A stretch of DNA of 64,000 bases from Marsupella aquatica (GCA_973895155.1 OZ316893.1:11920359-11984358); one strand, 5' to 3'; counted from the stretch's first letter, positions 36,629 through 50,160 are shown. Numbers and translations are program-made. The notes: generated by a model from the sequence alone, not told the origin.

Positions 36629-39600
36629 ATGGAGGTGGTCGTCGAGAGCATTTCGATCCACGAAAGATCAATGAATGTCTTCGAGAGGACAAAGGGCGGG
36701 GCGGGGATCACAAAGCGAAGAAGAGGCGAAGCCGCTGTAGATTCAGGTGGTAGCGCTGCGGGCTTCTTGTACGAGGGCGATTCTGGGGACGATGAGCTCT
36801 CGAAACTCATGCCTTCGCTCAAGAGGCAACTCGAAGCTTTCGACGACGATGAGGGGGTGAGATTTCTGGCCTGATTTGCAATCGCTGCACTTGCAGCAGC
36901 GGGGTTGGATTTGAGTTCGTGTCACCCGGCCACTCCGTCGGAGCTTAGTTTTAGCGTGGCATCGCTTGTCAGGCTTTGGCACTCAAAAGGGTGCGTAGTC
37001 ATCGGGGTCTTGCGAATTGAGTTCAGGCTTGCTTGCCCGGAAACGTAAGCTAAGATAAATTTTTTGCAGACTTTGAATTTCATGGGAGAGATAATCGCGG
37101 CCAAGATGGAGAGCTTTCGACATACTAATAAGGAGAATGTTGGCTACGATCGGAACTCAATCCGCCCAGCAAGGAGGCGCCGAGAGAGTGGTCAAGTCAC
37201 CATTTCCAGGCCAATCGACTTTAAGAAGTTGTGAGTCAAACGCCTGAGTGTCAATCGCGGTGCTTTGCTTTCGAAAGCTGCATTCCGTTGTGGAAGTTTT
37301 CTCTCGCAGTGGCAGTTTTTGTGAGAGCCTTCGAAGGCTTAGTCGTTCTATCTCGCACACCCGACTGAAGTTTTGTTAGCCGTCCGCTTTCCCCCCACTC
37401 ATATCCGTTCCCTCTCCAACACCATTGCTCACGAGTAAAATGACTGTGATACCTTCCCCCTCTAGCAGGTACCACATTCTTATTTAGCTCGAATGCTTAC
37501 AGCTATGCTGCCGTATCATCTGATGAAGGACTGCAGAGACATACAGAACGCTGTTTGGAATGACTTTCTCGTGATTTCTGCACTGAAATAACGACGATGG
37601 CCAAGAATGAAGCTTGCTTCAACATTGTTTGTGTGTGCGTCTTTCAGGCTTTACCAAAACCTAACACCCGTTCTCAAGGAGAATGTTAACAGAGCTGGGA
37701 ATCAGTCCCAGAGTGTGGATGATTTCTGGTCGACCCAAAAGAAAAAGAGTATGTGACCCCCTCTTATTTCTTTCTTGTTGGGACATGTTCTTAATTATCG
37801 GAACCCTGCACTTATCCTACATGCTAGTTCCGGCTACCTCAATTCTAGTAGCTCAATTTGAAGACTGCATCTACAAAATATGCTGCTCATGGCTTTTCTG
37901 GATTACATGACGATGCAGAAATCTCGGCAGTCGCTCGTCGCAGGTTATTGGGAATCAAGACGCCTGCGCAGACCAAACCAAAGGCTGTGGAAGATAGGAA
38001 CTTAAGGCACGCACGCTCACGTCGTGGTGGAGGGAATAGCAGGTATGTATTGTCGCATGTTCCTTTGTTCTTCACAACACATAGAATTTGTATATACTCA
38101 GCGAGTCAATGGAAACCCAGCGTAAAATGTGAAGCCTGGTAAATGTTTGGTTTCGTTCATATTTGTACTTGAAAAGTGCTTGTCACTTGGAAACCAAAAC
38201 GATGAATGAATGCAGGTTACAACTTCAGCTTCTCGTAAGGTTGCACTCACGTGAATTGGTATCCAATGCCTTCTGTCAATCCAGGACATTGGGTAGAAAG
38301 CCTATAATGCTGGACCTCCATCTTGATGCGGCTAAAATTTCTGAGTGGGATCAGGAAACTCTCGCGGAGGAAGAGGTACCACCATCTAGTCGAGCTTATT
38401 CTGGTGCGTTCATGACAGCTGGTAGACCTGAAGCAGATGTGGAGGAGGAGGTACCACCGTCAACTCGAGCTCATTCTGGTGCGTTCTTGACAGCTGGTAG
38501 ACCTGCAGCAGCTGTCGAGGAAGAGGTACCACCATCGACTCGAGCTTATTCCATGTCAGCTGGTAGAACCGCAGCAGATTCACCCTGCTCCCTTACGGAC
38601 ATGGATATGAGTCCAGGTCAGTCTCCGCTTGTGGAAGTGCCGGAGCTCACTGGCAGAGTGGAGCCCGCTCAGACCCCTGTCCAGGAGCCAGGCTGTGCTC
38701 ATGTAGGGTCCCCAGTACCAGAGAGTAACTTGCAGATACAGCGATTTCCATTGACGTCTCCAACTCCTCCTTCTAATCCTGTGGCTGCTTACATGTCTTT
38801 GAGACATTTGGAAAGCGAGGTTCGTCAGAGGAGGCTTTCTTTTCTCAGCTCGCCCTCGAGTGAGAGCGTTGATACAGGCGGAAGTCGGGAGGTGAGTGGG
38901 ATGTGAAACTGTACTCGTGTGCATACTCCACATTGACCAAAGTTTGCCAAAAGCTGCCGCAGCGTCTCGTCCTTCGAGACTGACTCGCTCCTACATGCTT
39001 TCCGGTAGGAGTCCTAGACGTGGATTATACAAGGCAAGCAGCCACAAGACGAGGGTGCAAATACACACGAGAGTATTTGTTTGCATCAGTGAACCTTGTC
39101 TTCTTTTGTGCATGCTAGTAGTCAAACATTTGCCAGCGAAAATTGATTCTTAACATTGTCAGTGAGGGACAGTCTGTCGGGCGGATGCCAATAGCGACCA
39201 TAGAAAAACTCACCCACAGAGTCAAGAAAGGACGTCACTATATGACTACAAACTACTTGAACAAAAAGTATGAAAAAGCGAATTTATTCTAGAAAGGAAC
39301 GTGATGCAATCATGGAAGACACTAATCATCAGAACAACCGCCTAAGCAATAACCTCACCGGGAAGTGGGTGGTGACTTGCAACCAAACTGCTGGTTGAGT
39401 ACAAAACTTTGTAGGGAACTGAACTTTGATCGAACTTCTGATTTCTACAACAGGGTGCAATTCGTCTCCTAAGCCAAGAAGAAAATGCGTTGCCGACCAT
39501 ATCTAATGATCATCGCCAAGGTTTGTTTCCTTGTTACTTCCAGTGAATTCATCCCACCTCTGGTTCCAGATCATTTGTTTGAGGTTTTTCTGTTCATGAG

Positions 39601-41136
39601 CTGTAAATGACAACTCCTTTTGAGTGTGCAGATGATGAAGTCCTAGAGGTGCCAGATATCAATGAAGCTGAACTTCTCGACAGATGTAATTGGTCAAGAC
39701 TCCGAGTACAGACTCAGCAGGACGGACTACAACAGAACCATGAAGGTACATCTGGCTGGTCAACCTCAAGATATTCTCACCAAAGTAGAGAATTGTAGCT
39801 TACAGTCTTTCTTTACTCACCCGTGTAAGTTGTACCATCCTTTGGATCTATTTTTCCCTTCAAAGTCTCGAATAACAAAACCTTAAATGAAACAGTAAAC
39901 AGCGGGGCAGCTCAGGAGGGGGAGTCAAAGTCAAAGCCCAAGGAGAACCAGGAGGATCACCTTCCTTCGGATGTTGCAGAATCATTTGGTGACGTTCCTA
40001 TCGACAATGGAGCTCAAGTTTTACAGGACGAATTACGTCAGGCTGGGGATAATGAGGTGAGTTCTAGTGGGTATATCAGACGTATCAAGTACTGAGGGTT
40101 ATCGTTTATTAGTCGTCAGAGTCGAAGCGCAGAACCTCATGTTTGCTTTTTCATTACCATCGGGCTCCCCTCCTGTTTTCTTCGTGTGCAACAGAATAAT
40201 AGCGTGAGTGTTTTTATTTCAGTCATCACAGAGGCTCCTCTTTGCTGTTTTGGCTACATGCAGGCTGCCCCGCCATGTGTTGATCAGCACCAGAGTAATC
40301 CACCTACCGAAGGTTTGATCGGCACAGATGAAAGCAGTACAACTCAAACTGAACCCAAAAGGGTGAGGCGGGTTAAGAAAGCAGAGATTAGACGATCTAG
40401 TTTGGAAGGTTCGTTCCCAACGCTTCATCTCGTGCAATTGTACATATGTATGCAAAGTATATGTCCATAGGTGGCTTCTAACAACGCAATGCTTCTAATG
40501 AATTTTGACCATTCTTGCTCCGAGCCTCCACCCTTGTCAGCCACGAACAGCATTCTCTCACGTGAAGTAGTGGGTTGGAATTTCAAGTCGTACATGGACC
40601 GGGCTTGCCTCTGCAGGTCATTTGACTGGTGAATGAACGATCTTCAAAAGTTTGTTTCTGGATGTCACAGGAGGGTAAAATCTCGGCAATGAATCCTTGA
40701 CAGGCATTACTAACTTCAGCATGGCTGGTGCTGACAGATTGTGGTTCGATTTGGACGGAAGGACAAAGAAAGAGTCAGAGGATAAAAGTCAGGCCCCTGG
40801 AATGGTGGAGAGGAGAGAAGCTCCTCTATTCCCGGATACACAACAGTAAGATTTCTTGACAATCTTTAGCCTTGATTCGTGAACCTATCAACCTGCCTTG
40901 CTTCTCCAGTAGGCAAAGCTTTCTTGGGCAAAGCTATCTTTGCGAGACAATGGTTTATCCTACGGCACTCCTAACCTTTTCTCCCGGTGGATTGGCTGAT
41001 TGCAGCATTAACCACTGTCGTTGGCGTCAAGTTTTCATCACCAGGGAAGTTCGCTCGCGGAATTGATGAAGCATTTGTTGTGGAGTCTTATGTACCAGCT
41101 CAGTACAGCGAACGAGTTAGGTTCGCAGCCATCTAG
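36629..41136 (+). CDS. CENP-C: Centromere protein C (multi-exon; internal exon boundaries only partly resolved)
   Basis: The last three exons (40264-40408, 40738-40845, 41006-41136) splice in phase to ...[55 protein letters not shown]...[18 protein letters not shown]. This is the plant CENP-C motif (RxSxRxxxRPLExWxGE) plus the conserved plant C-terminus. Probable first exon 36629-36856; large low-complexity exon around 38290-38890. The 5' linkage is inferred. Confidence 0.85.
38364..38579 (+). repeat. 75-bp (25-aa) coding tandem repeat, 3 copies, inside CENP-C
   Basis: EEEVPPS(S/T)RA(Y/H)SGAF(M/L)TAGRP(E/A)A(D/A)V. GGTACC occurs at 38375, 38450 and 38525. Confidence 0.9.
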
Positions 41137-43469
41137 TCTTGAATTAGTATGCGGTTGCACTACTTTGATTCATTGGTTCGTTTCATTAATAAAACAAATC
41201 GTTGTACCCATCCTCTCCAATTTTACCTGCCACGAGCCCGTAGCTTCATTGTCCTATGTGGAGACAAAGGGTTAATATCCAATTTTCTCTCTTGTCACTC
41301 GATTTTTTTAAGCTGTAGTTTGATCATTATTTGTCGTCGTTCCAACTCACTTTCGTTCTCTCCTACTTGCAATCTTTTGCACTTTGTACCATTGTATTTC
41401 AATCGTTCTTATTCGCTATTCTATCATGCAATTCCGTTTTGCACGACAGTGTGAGTTGACATCGCTCGCTGGCTACATCTTGCCCCCACGTTTAGGTGCA
41501 TCTCACATCTTCTGTCGGACTTGGCCGGCACTGAACTCAACAGCATTAGATTTTGAAATGCAATCCCTCTGCTCTGGATTCTGGATTCTGGATTCTCCTT
41601 GAATGTCTCCGTCGTTCCCTCTCTAACTCCCTCGCGCTCACACGGTCATGTCTCTGCGTGACATCAGTCTACCTGATACAAAAGATCCAGAAGACCATGG
41701 TGATGACTATCCATTGTGAGGAGAGTCACGAACTGTAGATAGAGGTGGAAGTCAAGCAATTATTTATGATAAATCCAGCTCAATGCACAATGAAACATTC
41801 CAAAGTTAAGTGGGCGAGTCACGGCGTTTTCTTCATTTCATATAAACGCATGAAAACCAATTATGTCAGCTTTTTGAGGAGCACGATTCGGACGAACAAA
41901 CGTTCCATCCGGTGCGATGTAGAACTGAGCCAACTTCTTCTGGCTTCTACTGGTCGCCACAGCACCTCCGCTGAGACTACTGGCTTTTGCAATACGAGAA
42001 GTGTGCGTTCCAACTACGGTTCATAGGTAGCCCCACTTTCAGTCCTTTCCAACCGCTAGTATTTATGGCCAGTTTTTTCCTCTTCCATACCGTCGACCTG
42101 GGGATCAGCCCCTGCCTGCTGGCCCCGTCCCTCTTTCATTGATAAGTTTTCTCCCACCTTTGTCCCATGAATACCTTTACCTCTTCTCCCAAATCCTGAC
42201 TCTCCAATTGATCGCTGTCCCTCCGCACTGCCCATTAATTGCCTCCTTCTCTGCTGAGCTGTGTATCGACTCTCCCCCATCAAATTGCATATATGGCTGC
42301 ATCCTGCTTACCCGTCAATCCGCAATTCTCCGTGAAACCTGCTACCCTACTCAAATGTGCTCCAGTCGGAGCGCATAGGAAATCTTTGCCATTGAATAAC
42401 ACCTTTGAACTACTTGTCCAGTTTCTCTTACTCTCGTACCAAAATTGTATCTCTTGCTCTTGTATTTGCTACCAAAATTACAATGGATGAATTCCTTTAC
42501 ATTCACTGTCATGTTCATCTCATCTGCATAGAGTACATCGACACCGACCTTCCTAAGAACCACTGCTTTCTTTCTTTCCCATGCATATTGTTTTGGTGAA
42601 GAGCTGTAAGTCTCTTTACAGTTTCGGGCTCTTTCCTGCGCTCTGATAACAGAAGGAGATACGATGGGACAAAGGACTGCTTAGATGGGAGCGAAGCAAG
42701 TTTCGTTCATTCATTCCTGTTGAGATTCTTATGACAAGAATCTCTAGTTTAGGGCGATTGCCTCACCTGTTAATAAGAGTTTGAAAGTGCTACATAGCGA
42801 TGGAACTACACCCATGCTGTTGAACCTTAATATTGGCGGAAAAAATGTCCTGTACTATCATGAACCACCAGGGTCTTGAGTCTAAACTTCCAAATCACTT
42901 TCTGGTACCCTCCCTCTGGGCATACAGTCAGAACGGATGCGCTAGTCTATCAATGTAGACTGCATATGGAGTGTAACTCGTCCCTTCACTCCAAGTGGGC
43001 GGACTCAGATGTTCATATTTACAGTCTACGAACTAAAACTTTTTCGGAGGCTCAGAAAGACTGGAGGACATTCATGACCAATATGCATCATCCCAGTAAA
43101 ACCGCGAGATCTGACTGCTGTAGTGCACATCCGTCGATAATTACAAAAAGAACTGCAAACCAGCACAGCAACAAACCAATCAATCACAAGATCAGAGCAA
43201 CAACTTGGATGCGCCAACACAAATACAATAGCTAGACATGAGAAACCACTAAGTGAACGATACAATCAAGAGCTCCATTCTGGATAAACCTGGGCAATCA
43301 TCACAGTTGAGCAAAGAACTACGGACGAGGAAGGTGCCAAAACGAATTTCACAAACGCATCCATGTAGGTCCTATGGCAAAGGTCATTCATAATTTTCAT
43401 CAACACTTTTAATGCTCAGCTTGAGGTTAGGCCTTTACCTACTGCTTTCCCACATCATGCTTTTCGTGA

Positions 43470-45046
43470 TTACTTGTTGACTTGCTTTTTGAGGAAATGG
43501 CGGCTGAGTAAACCAGATATCTCCGTAAACCTCACTTGATCTTTGCCGAAGACCTCCTTTAGTTTGTCATCACAGTTAATAGTCGTCTTATTTGCAGGAT
43601 CCTGCCGTAATCACAGAACGATCAAACTTTCAGAATAGCTCTCACCTTGAACCTAAACCCCACTTTCATCGCAGTCTACATGCCACGACCTCGTCGGCAA
43701 AAGCAGATAGACTTCTGAACCGTTCGAACCTGTAAGGCCATAGAGAAACCCGAGCCATACGAGTACAACTTAGGCTAAGGGATTGGAATTATGAGAGGAT
43801 CCTCCCCAGTTCTTAGGTCCCAAATGCCGGATACCAAGCGAGAAATCGAGGCCCGTCATTTGCACCATTGGGTTATGAATTGCTTCCGGGAATATTAGAA
43901 ATCAAGCTTTAAAAATGTTTTTCAAAATTCTAGCCCATATTATGCAATCATTGGGGTGGAGGGACACTTCATACTAAGCTGAAGAACATCCGTGCTGACC
44001 AGAGTTTCCTAGTTTCGACTTCAATTTTAACTTCAACTCAGACTGCAAATTGACTTCAAGCAAGCGAAATGTCTCATCCAAGGAGGAATGGTGCCAGAGA
44101 CATTTTTCTCAGAAACAGGAAATTAGAGGCCCAAAGGAAGGACTGAATTGTTTTCGACTTCTTACTTACTTACCTTCAACTGAGACTGTACAAAATGACC
44201 TCTTAACTTCAACTCAGAATGTAAAAAATGACCTCAAGCACGAGAAATATATCATCCAAGGAGGAATGAAGGCAGAAGCATTTTCCTCAAAAACAGGAAA
44301 TTCGAGGCCCGAAGAAAGGACTGCATTGTTTTCGATTTTCGACTTACCTTCAACTGAGACTGCACAAAATGACCACTTACCTTCAACTCAGAATATACAA
44401 AATGAACTCAAGCAAGAGGGAAGTATCATCCAAGGAGAAATGAATGCCGAAACATTTTTCTCAGACACAGGAGATTCGAGGCCCGAAAAAAGGACTCAAT
44501 TGTGTTCGATTTCCTAATTAACGTCAACTAAATCGTCACAAAATAACCTCGAGCAAGAGAAAAGGGTCATCCCAGGTGGAATGACCGCAGACCCATTTTC
44601 GTCAGAAATGGAAAATTCGAGCCAAGGAAGGACTCAATTGACTGCTTCATTGCTGAGAGTCCAGAGCAGAGCAAGGCAGTTCAGGGAAGGGAAGGGAAGG
44701 GAACAAATACCTGAAGTTGATGCTCTTTAATGTAGGCCCAAATCTGCTTTACACTGTTTGACCGAGTAGTCTCCGCCACACCACCCAGAAAGTCCCTCAA
44801 AATGGGTGACACAGAATAGGGCCTGAACAAGGGATTCTCCTTCGTTGCTGTTGTCATCTTTGTCCGCGTCTTGGCAACAGGAGCAGCAGCAGGAGCAACA
44901 GCAACAGCAACAGCAGCAGGAGCAGGAGCAGGAGCAGACTTGCTGCCTTCTTTGGAAGCCGCCTTCGCAGCGAAGGCGGCCCTCGACGTCAACCGAAACT
45001 CTTTGCTCCCAGACAAAATCTGCGCGAACACTATCCTCGATAGCAT
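43470..45046 (-). CDS. Stand-alone SWIB/MDM2-domain protein, probably an organelle-targeted nucleoid protein (2 exons, 155 aa)
   Basis: Exon 1 45046-44711 and exon 2 43601-43470 with a GT-AG intron give ...VSPILRDFLGGVAETTRSNSVKQIWAYIKEHQLQ|DPANKTTINCDDKLKEVFGKDQVRFTEISGLLSRHF. The N-terminus is transit-peptide-like, followed by an Ala/Pro/Lys-rich linker. Confidence 0.9.
44010..44640 (+). repeat. Intronic tandem repeat, about 140-180 bp unit, 4 diverged copies
   Basis: TCATCC(A/C)AGG(A/T)G...ATG...CATTTT...CAGGA(A/G)ATT(A/C)GAGGCCC...GGACT recurs at about 44074, 44252, 44426 and 44567. Confidence 0.8.
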
Positions 45047-45475
45047 CGTGCCCAGCTTCCTAATCCTAACGATAAGTCCTCAACAAACCGTTGCATTCAC
45101 ACTTCCACTGAAAGAGTAAACACTGTTCGCTTTTCTCGTCTCTGCTTCTCCTCCGTTCGAGCAATTCGGGTTCTCGGCGAGTGTGAACAGCACTACCGCT
45201 GCAAAACCCAGAAAATGCTCGGTCGATAAATTCCACGGTGAGGAGGCGAGAGAGTGTGGAGAAGCTCAAGAACGGGGAGAGAAGACGCAGCAGTGGACGA
45301 GATGCCTGCCTGTTCGAGAGGGGCACGAACAACTGTTACGCGGGAAATTAATTAATCATCATCGTGAGAAGCGACTGTTACAATATTACACATACGTGTA
45401 ATGCAGTAATCTGTATGAGTGCTTCTTTTTGAAACTTTCAAACACGGGTTGTAACATAATTAGAAAACATACAGT

Positions 45476-45914
45476 AGATTTATTACTTCGCCACCTTTTT
45501 TTGTGTGAATTACAGTATATTCTTGTCATGATTTTTAGACTATTTCTTTATTAGAATGCCATTTTTTTCTAGCCATGGTTAGATTAATCACTTATAGTTA
45601 ATTCATGAGAATCCGATGACTGAAATCATGCCCAGATGTGTGCATCCAATGGTAGGGATTTTCCCTCAACAAATCTTTATCCAACCTGCTCTGCCCCAAC
45701 TGAAGGAGTTCGTCACCCGTCCCTGCCCTGCCCCACCTCTCTCGCTGTTGGAAACCTTTTCATGGCGTTTTTGGATGATTATGAGTTAGCCTTAGGTGGT
45801 TAAATTACCCATTGCTAGAATATGGTGGCATTCTAGTCCAGATTCTAGTAAATAAATTAAAAAACATGGCAAGATAGTAATGTACCACAATAAAAGTGGC
45901 AACTTAGTGAATCT
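45476..45914. mobile_element. Degenerate TIR element (MITE-like)
   Basis: Left AGATTTATTACTTCGCCACCTTTTTTTGTG...TCTTGTCATGATTTTT matches the reverse complement of the right end, AGATTCACTAAGTTGCCACTTTTATTGTG...TCTTGCCATGTTTTTT. No TSD resolved. Confidence 0.55.
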
Positions 45915-45941
45915 CAAGTTTAGAAAAAGAGCTTTTTAGTA

Positions 45942-46558
45942 GGTTAACCCCCAAACTGAGGGTTATTACAAACCTGACCCCAAAACTTTTTTTTTTACTA
46001 TACTGCCCCCCAAATAGTATACAAGTCTAAGCAGCCTTTTTCCGGCCCACGGGAGAGCCTGGTTCATCCTCCATCAACCGAGCTGGGTTAGCCTAACCCT
46101 CCAGTTCCCCTCTGGTCATCCCTACTGTGCACTCCAGTCGTTGCCTGTGAACACTCCTAGATGCCTCCCAAGCATGGGGTATCCTGCTGCCTTATCTTTC
46201 TCTTGAAAAAACATTGAGAAAATGAGAAACATTGGGAAAGTGTGTGACTTAGTCTAGACTGTCCCCAAGACAGCAGCATGTCACTTTCTCAAAGTTTTTA
46301 AAGAAAGACAAGCCAGCTGGATGCCGTGTGCTTTGGAGGCATCGGGCAGGTGTTCATGGGCGCTGCAAAGGTAGGGGCGACAGATGGGAGCAGGTGGGTT
46401 AGGGTAACCCAGCTGAGTTGATGGAGGATCCATCAAGGGCTCCCATGGTCAGGAATATATGGGTTACCTAGACTCGTATACTATTTTGAAGGTAGTAGAT
46501 TAGTAATAAAAATAGATTGGAGTCAGGTCTGTAATAACCCTCAACTTGGGTGTTGACC
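45942..46558. mobile_element. About 617-bp foldback element (imperfect inverted repeat over its whole length), flanked by TA
   Basis: GGTTAACCCCCAAACTGAGGGTTATTACAAACCTGAC versus the reverse complement of the right end GGTCAACACCCAAGTTGAGGGTTATTACAGACCTGAC. Internal arms also pair (ATCCTCCATCAAC..AGCTGGGTTA / TAACCCAGCT..GTTGATGGAGGAT). Confidence 0.85.
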
Positions 46559-47816
46559 TAGCAATATATAGCTGTTTATAAAAAAGGAACAAATTAAGTA
46601 CAATGAAGAGAAAGCAAACCAAAAAAAATGCAATGCAAAAGGACAAAAAGGCCAAAAGAGGACATGGGTCCCAAAGGTAAAGCAGCCCAATAAAGGGATA
46701 AATAAGTAAGGGTAAAAGGCCCTTAGAAGACCAAAGAGGTACAACAAACAAGCCAAGGAGGCCCCCACAACCAAAAAGGAACAAAAAATCAAACATCCCA
46801 CATAGTGTTCAAGAAGACTAATATCCTATTGGGCAGAGTACATCCAGAGTAAACCGCATAGGAGGGTCATGAAGTGGAATCTGTCTAGAGGCCCTAAAAT
46901 CCACTAACTTGGCTCTACAAAGAATACTAAATGCCTGAGCCCCTCTAAAGTGTCATGGACACCCTCTATCTAAAGAAGGTTGTGAGGGACAAAGAGAGAG
47001 AGATAAGGCCTCCACTCAATATAGAAACCCACACAAACCCGAAGACTCTTGTCAAAGCAAAAGAGGCAAAGAGGACAAACACTGAACAAAAGCCCAATGT
47101 AACCTCAAAACCTACTTGAAGGAGGAACAAGAAGAAAAATAGGGGAAAATGTACCGCCTCACTTAAGTAGTGCAATGAACAAATTGTCCACAACTAAAGC
47201 AAGTGTGTCACAAGCTAATGAAGCACATCTAGTGTCCTAACTAAATCTGTAAGTGAGACAAGGATGTACTCCAAGGGGGCAATCATTTGAGGAGGCACAC
47301 TAGCACCCATTGTGAGAGATTATTTGACAGTAAAATGCCCAAGCTAAAGCACACTGTAATGTCACTGAAATTTGCTGCCAAAAGTGCATGGTCGAAATGG
47401 GTGGGAAAACAGATAGTGGGGTCCAATGAGACCCCTCCGATCATGACCATTACGAGCTGTCAAAGAAATCCATCAAATTGATGATGAAGTTACCCAATAT
47501 CTCAAGAGCTAAGTTAGGAGATGAAATGTGTTTATGCTTGTTTATAAAAACTGTCTTTGAACACATTTCTACAAGGAGATGTACCCAAAATGAGAAGTGT
47601 TACTTGATGGACCCCATAAATGATCCAAACCATTGATAGACCTTAAATCAACGTACCCAATCTCTCATGGGGCCTCATGGGATCCAACAAGTATCACTTT
47701 TCAAATTAGAAGTCCATCAAGTATACATCTCTGTTCCTACACCAATTTTATGATCTCTTGAATGGTCACATGCCTGTAATGCAATGAAATTCATGGGGCA
47801 TTGATGTTTTCTACCT

Positions 47817-50160
47817 ATGGATCACCCTTATAGATGGAGAGCGTCCCAAATAGTACATCTTAATAAGCAAAAAGAGGAAAGGGGTCCACCTGCACCAGTA
47901 TCCAGAGAGAACTTGTTAGCTTGGGCAATAGAAAAGACAATGTATGATGCTGCAAAGATGGTGGAAGGTGGTCCAAATGATCCACGTGTGAAATATGGTT
48001 TCAAGCGACAAAGCTTACTCGACAAGGAGTTGGAGTATTGGAGTGTAAGTATCAAACATCATTTTCCTGAGCACTAGCTAACTGTTTCATCCTGTTAGTG
48101 GCCTAATAGATTTGTATATCATTGCTCAAACATTGAGTTTTATCAAGTTCTAGCTAGTGACACACTGAATGTGGGTGATAATAATGTATTATACCTTGTG
48201 TCACAGGCATTTGACCCTCGCAACATAACATTGATGTTATGCACATTGAAAAAAATGTTTGTGAGAGTTTAATGAAATGTTTTTCAGGCCAGAAGGACAC
48301 AGGAGCCATGCGATTGGACTTGGAATAGAGAGGGATAAAACCACACTTGTGGTTGAAGCCCCACCACAATAGAGCTAATGTGATTTTGAAGTACCAAGCC
48401 CCCTATTCATGCACACCGGAGGAGTGGAACACCTTTCTGTCAAGAGTAAGCTCTTTGAAGGTACCTTTTGGTTATGCTGGTGCCTTCAAAAAACATGTGG
48501 CAAAAAATAAGATAGGAAGTATGAAAACACATGACTTCCATATCATGATGCAACAAGTTCTACCTCTGTGCCTTAGAGGATTAATGCAGAAGCCAGTCCG
48601 TAATGTGCAGGATCAACAGATTGAGCTATGTCTTTTGGCGAATATGTGTGTTCAAGGTCTGGGATCCTGCCGATTTCCAGAAGTTGAAAGAAGAGGTAGC
48701 ATTCTTGCTGTGTGATCTAGAGATTTACTTTCCTCCGGCTTTCTTTGATGTGATGACTCATTTGATTCTTCATGTTGTAGAAGAGGCAGGTCACTTCAAA
48801 TGGACATGTGGGTGCTAGGTGGATGTACCCGTTAGAGTGGTACATGAAGTTACTGAAAGGCCATATTAGGACATATATATTATAGGCCTAAGGCTAGTAT
48901 GGTCTTGGGTTACATGAAGGATGAGACATTGGGGTACCTCTCGAAGTACATGGTAGAGTATGAGCATGTAAAGAGGAGGGTATGGCAGTGTGAATCAGAT
49001 GATGGAGTTACTCATGAAGTGCTGAAAGGTCTCGGGGGGTTAACTTAGTATATATTTTGGGGTACCACGTGCGATCCTAGCCTAATATAAACACACCTAT
49101 TTTATAATGGGAATATTCCAAAAATACTCTCTATTCTTAATATTAATGACCTATTTTATTTTATAAAAGGTACATATTAGAGAATATTCTACAAATATGG
49201 GTTTATAATACCTTCTTTTGCTTCCTACGCTTTTTAAAATTTTAGTTAATCTCTATGAAAATTACCTATTTTGGATTGCACGTGGTTCCTAAGATTTTTT
49301 ATAGTCAACCCCCCCCCCCCCCCCCCCCCAAATGTAAGGTGCTAGCAGATCATTAAGATTGAGTGAGAGAGTGAAAGACCTTGCTCATGACTTTGTTTTG
49401 CAAAACATGGAGGGGATGTGCCCATGGTTGGAGTGAGCACACCTTTCCCCCTATAATTTCTATGCTTACAATGTACAATTTGCTTAGTGCTTGGGTTATG
49501 CGCGCTTGTACTATTTAGTGAGACAAGCTAATTTAATCCTGCTGATTTGTGTTGTGACAGGGAGTATGAGAGGCAAAAGGAAGCCCATTCTATCAACAAC
49601 TCTTCAATAAGCTTTCCTTTAAAGGCGGAAAGGATCCGTGATGCAATTCAACATCATCATAGAGATCATCCAAATATGGATAGAGATGTGTATTTGATGT
49701 CCAATGCACCCAGAAGAACTGTTCAAAGTTATAAATAGATGACAGCATATGGGAATCACTTTAGAGTAAGAAGGGAGGACCGAGACTGATAGCTTTGTAT
49801 CATATGATTCTAGGTTGATTTTTGTATTTGAGTAGCAAAGTCCCTGACAACAAAGGTGGATGGAAATGGGCTATGTGGGAGAGCTAGATGCAATTTGGGT
49901 TCTCCATTATGGGGGGAACAATTGAGAAAACGATTATTATGAAAGGTGCATGGGTAAGACCAGATTGGCGTGGAGGACGGCCCACCATGAAGCGGGACCC
50001 AAGACGGGTTCTTGGTAGCAAATTTCAACCAAAGATTGGGAGAGTGGGAGGAGCCATTTGTATTTCCATCTCAAGTGGAGCAGGCTTTCTTCCTTGATGT
50101 GGAGGGTTCCCCTAGATGGCGAGTTGTTTGCCATAAGCAAGCCTGGAGTTGAAGAGTGAA
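47817..50160 (+). pseudogene. CACTA TnpD-type transposase remnant (Transposase_21 C-terminus, DUF4218, DUF4216 regions)
   Basis: Motifs DHPYR, HNIDVMHIEKNVCESL, MKTHDFHIMMQQVLP, CDLEIYFPPAFFDVMTHLILH, RWMYPLE, AHDFVLQN, EPFVFPSQVEQAFF. Frameshifts, stops and a MITE insertion are present. Confidence 0.9.
49031..49332. mobile_element. About 302-bp MITE, TIR CTCGGGGGGTTAACT, 8-bp TSD TGAAAGGT/TGTAAGGT
   Basis: Near-identical inverted copy of 52407-52694. The right TIR has an expanded poly-C run. Removal restores the transposase frame EVLKG|ASRSLRLSERVKDLAHDFVLQN. Confidence 0.9.

Noticed and set aside
41440-42650. Possible small gene between CENP-C and SWIB
   Set aside because: Candidate exons contain in-frame stops and no recognisable motifs.
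44050-44517. 155-aa plus-strand ORF
   Set aside because: It is a translation of an intronic tandem repeat, antisense to the SWIB gene.
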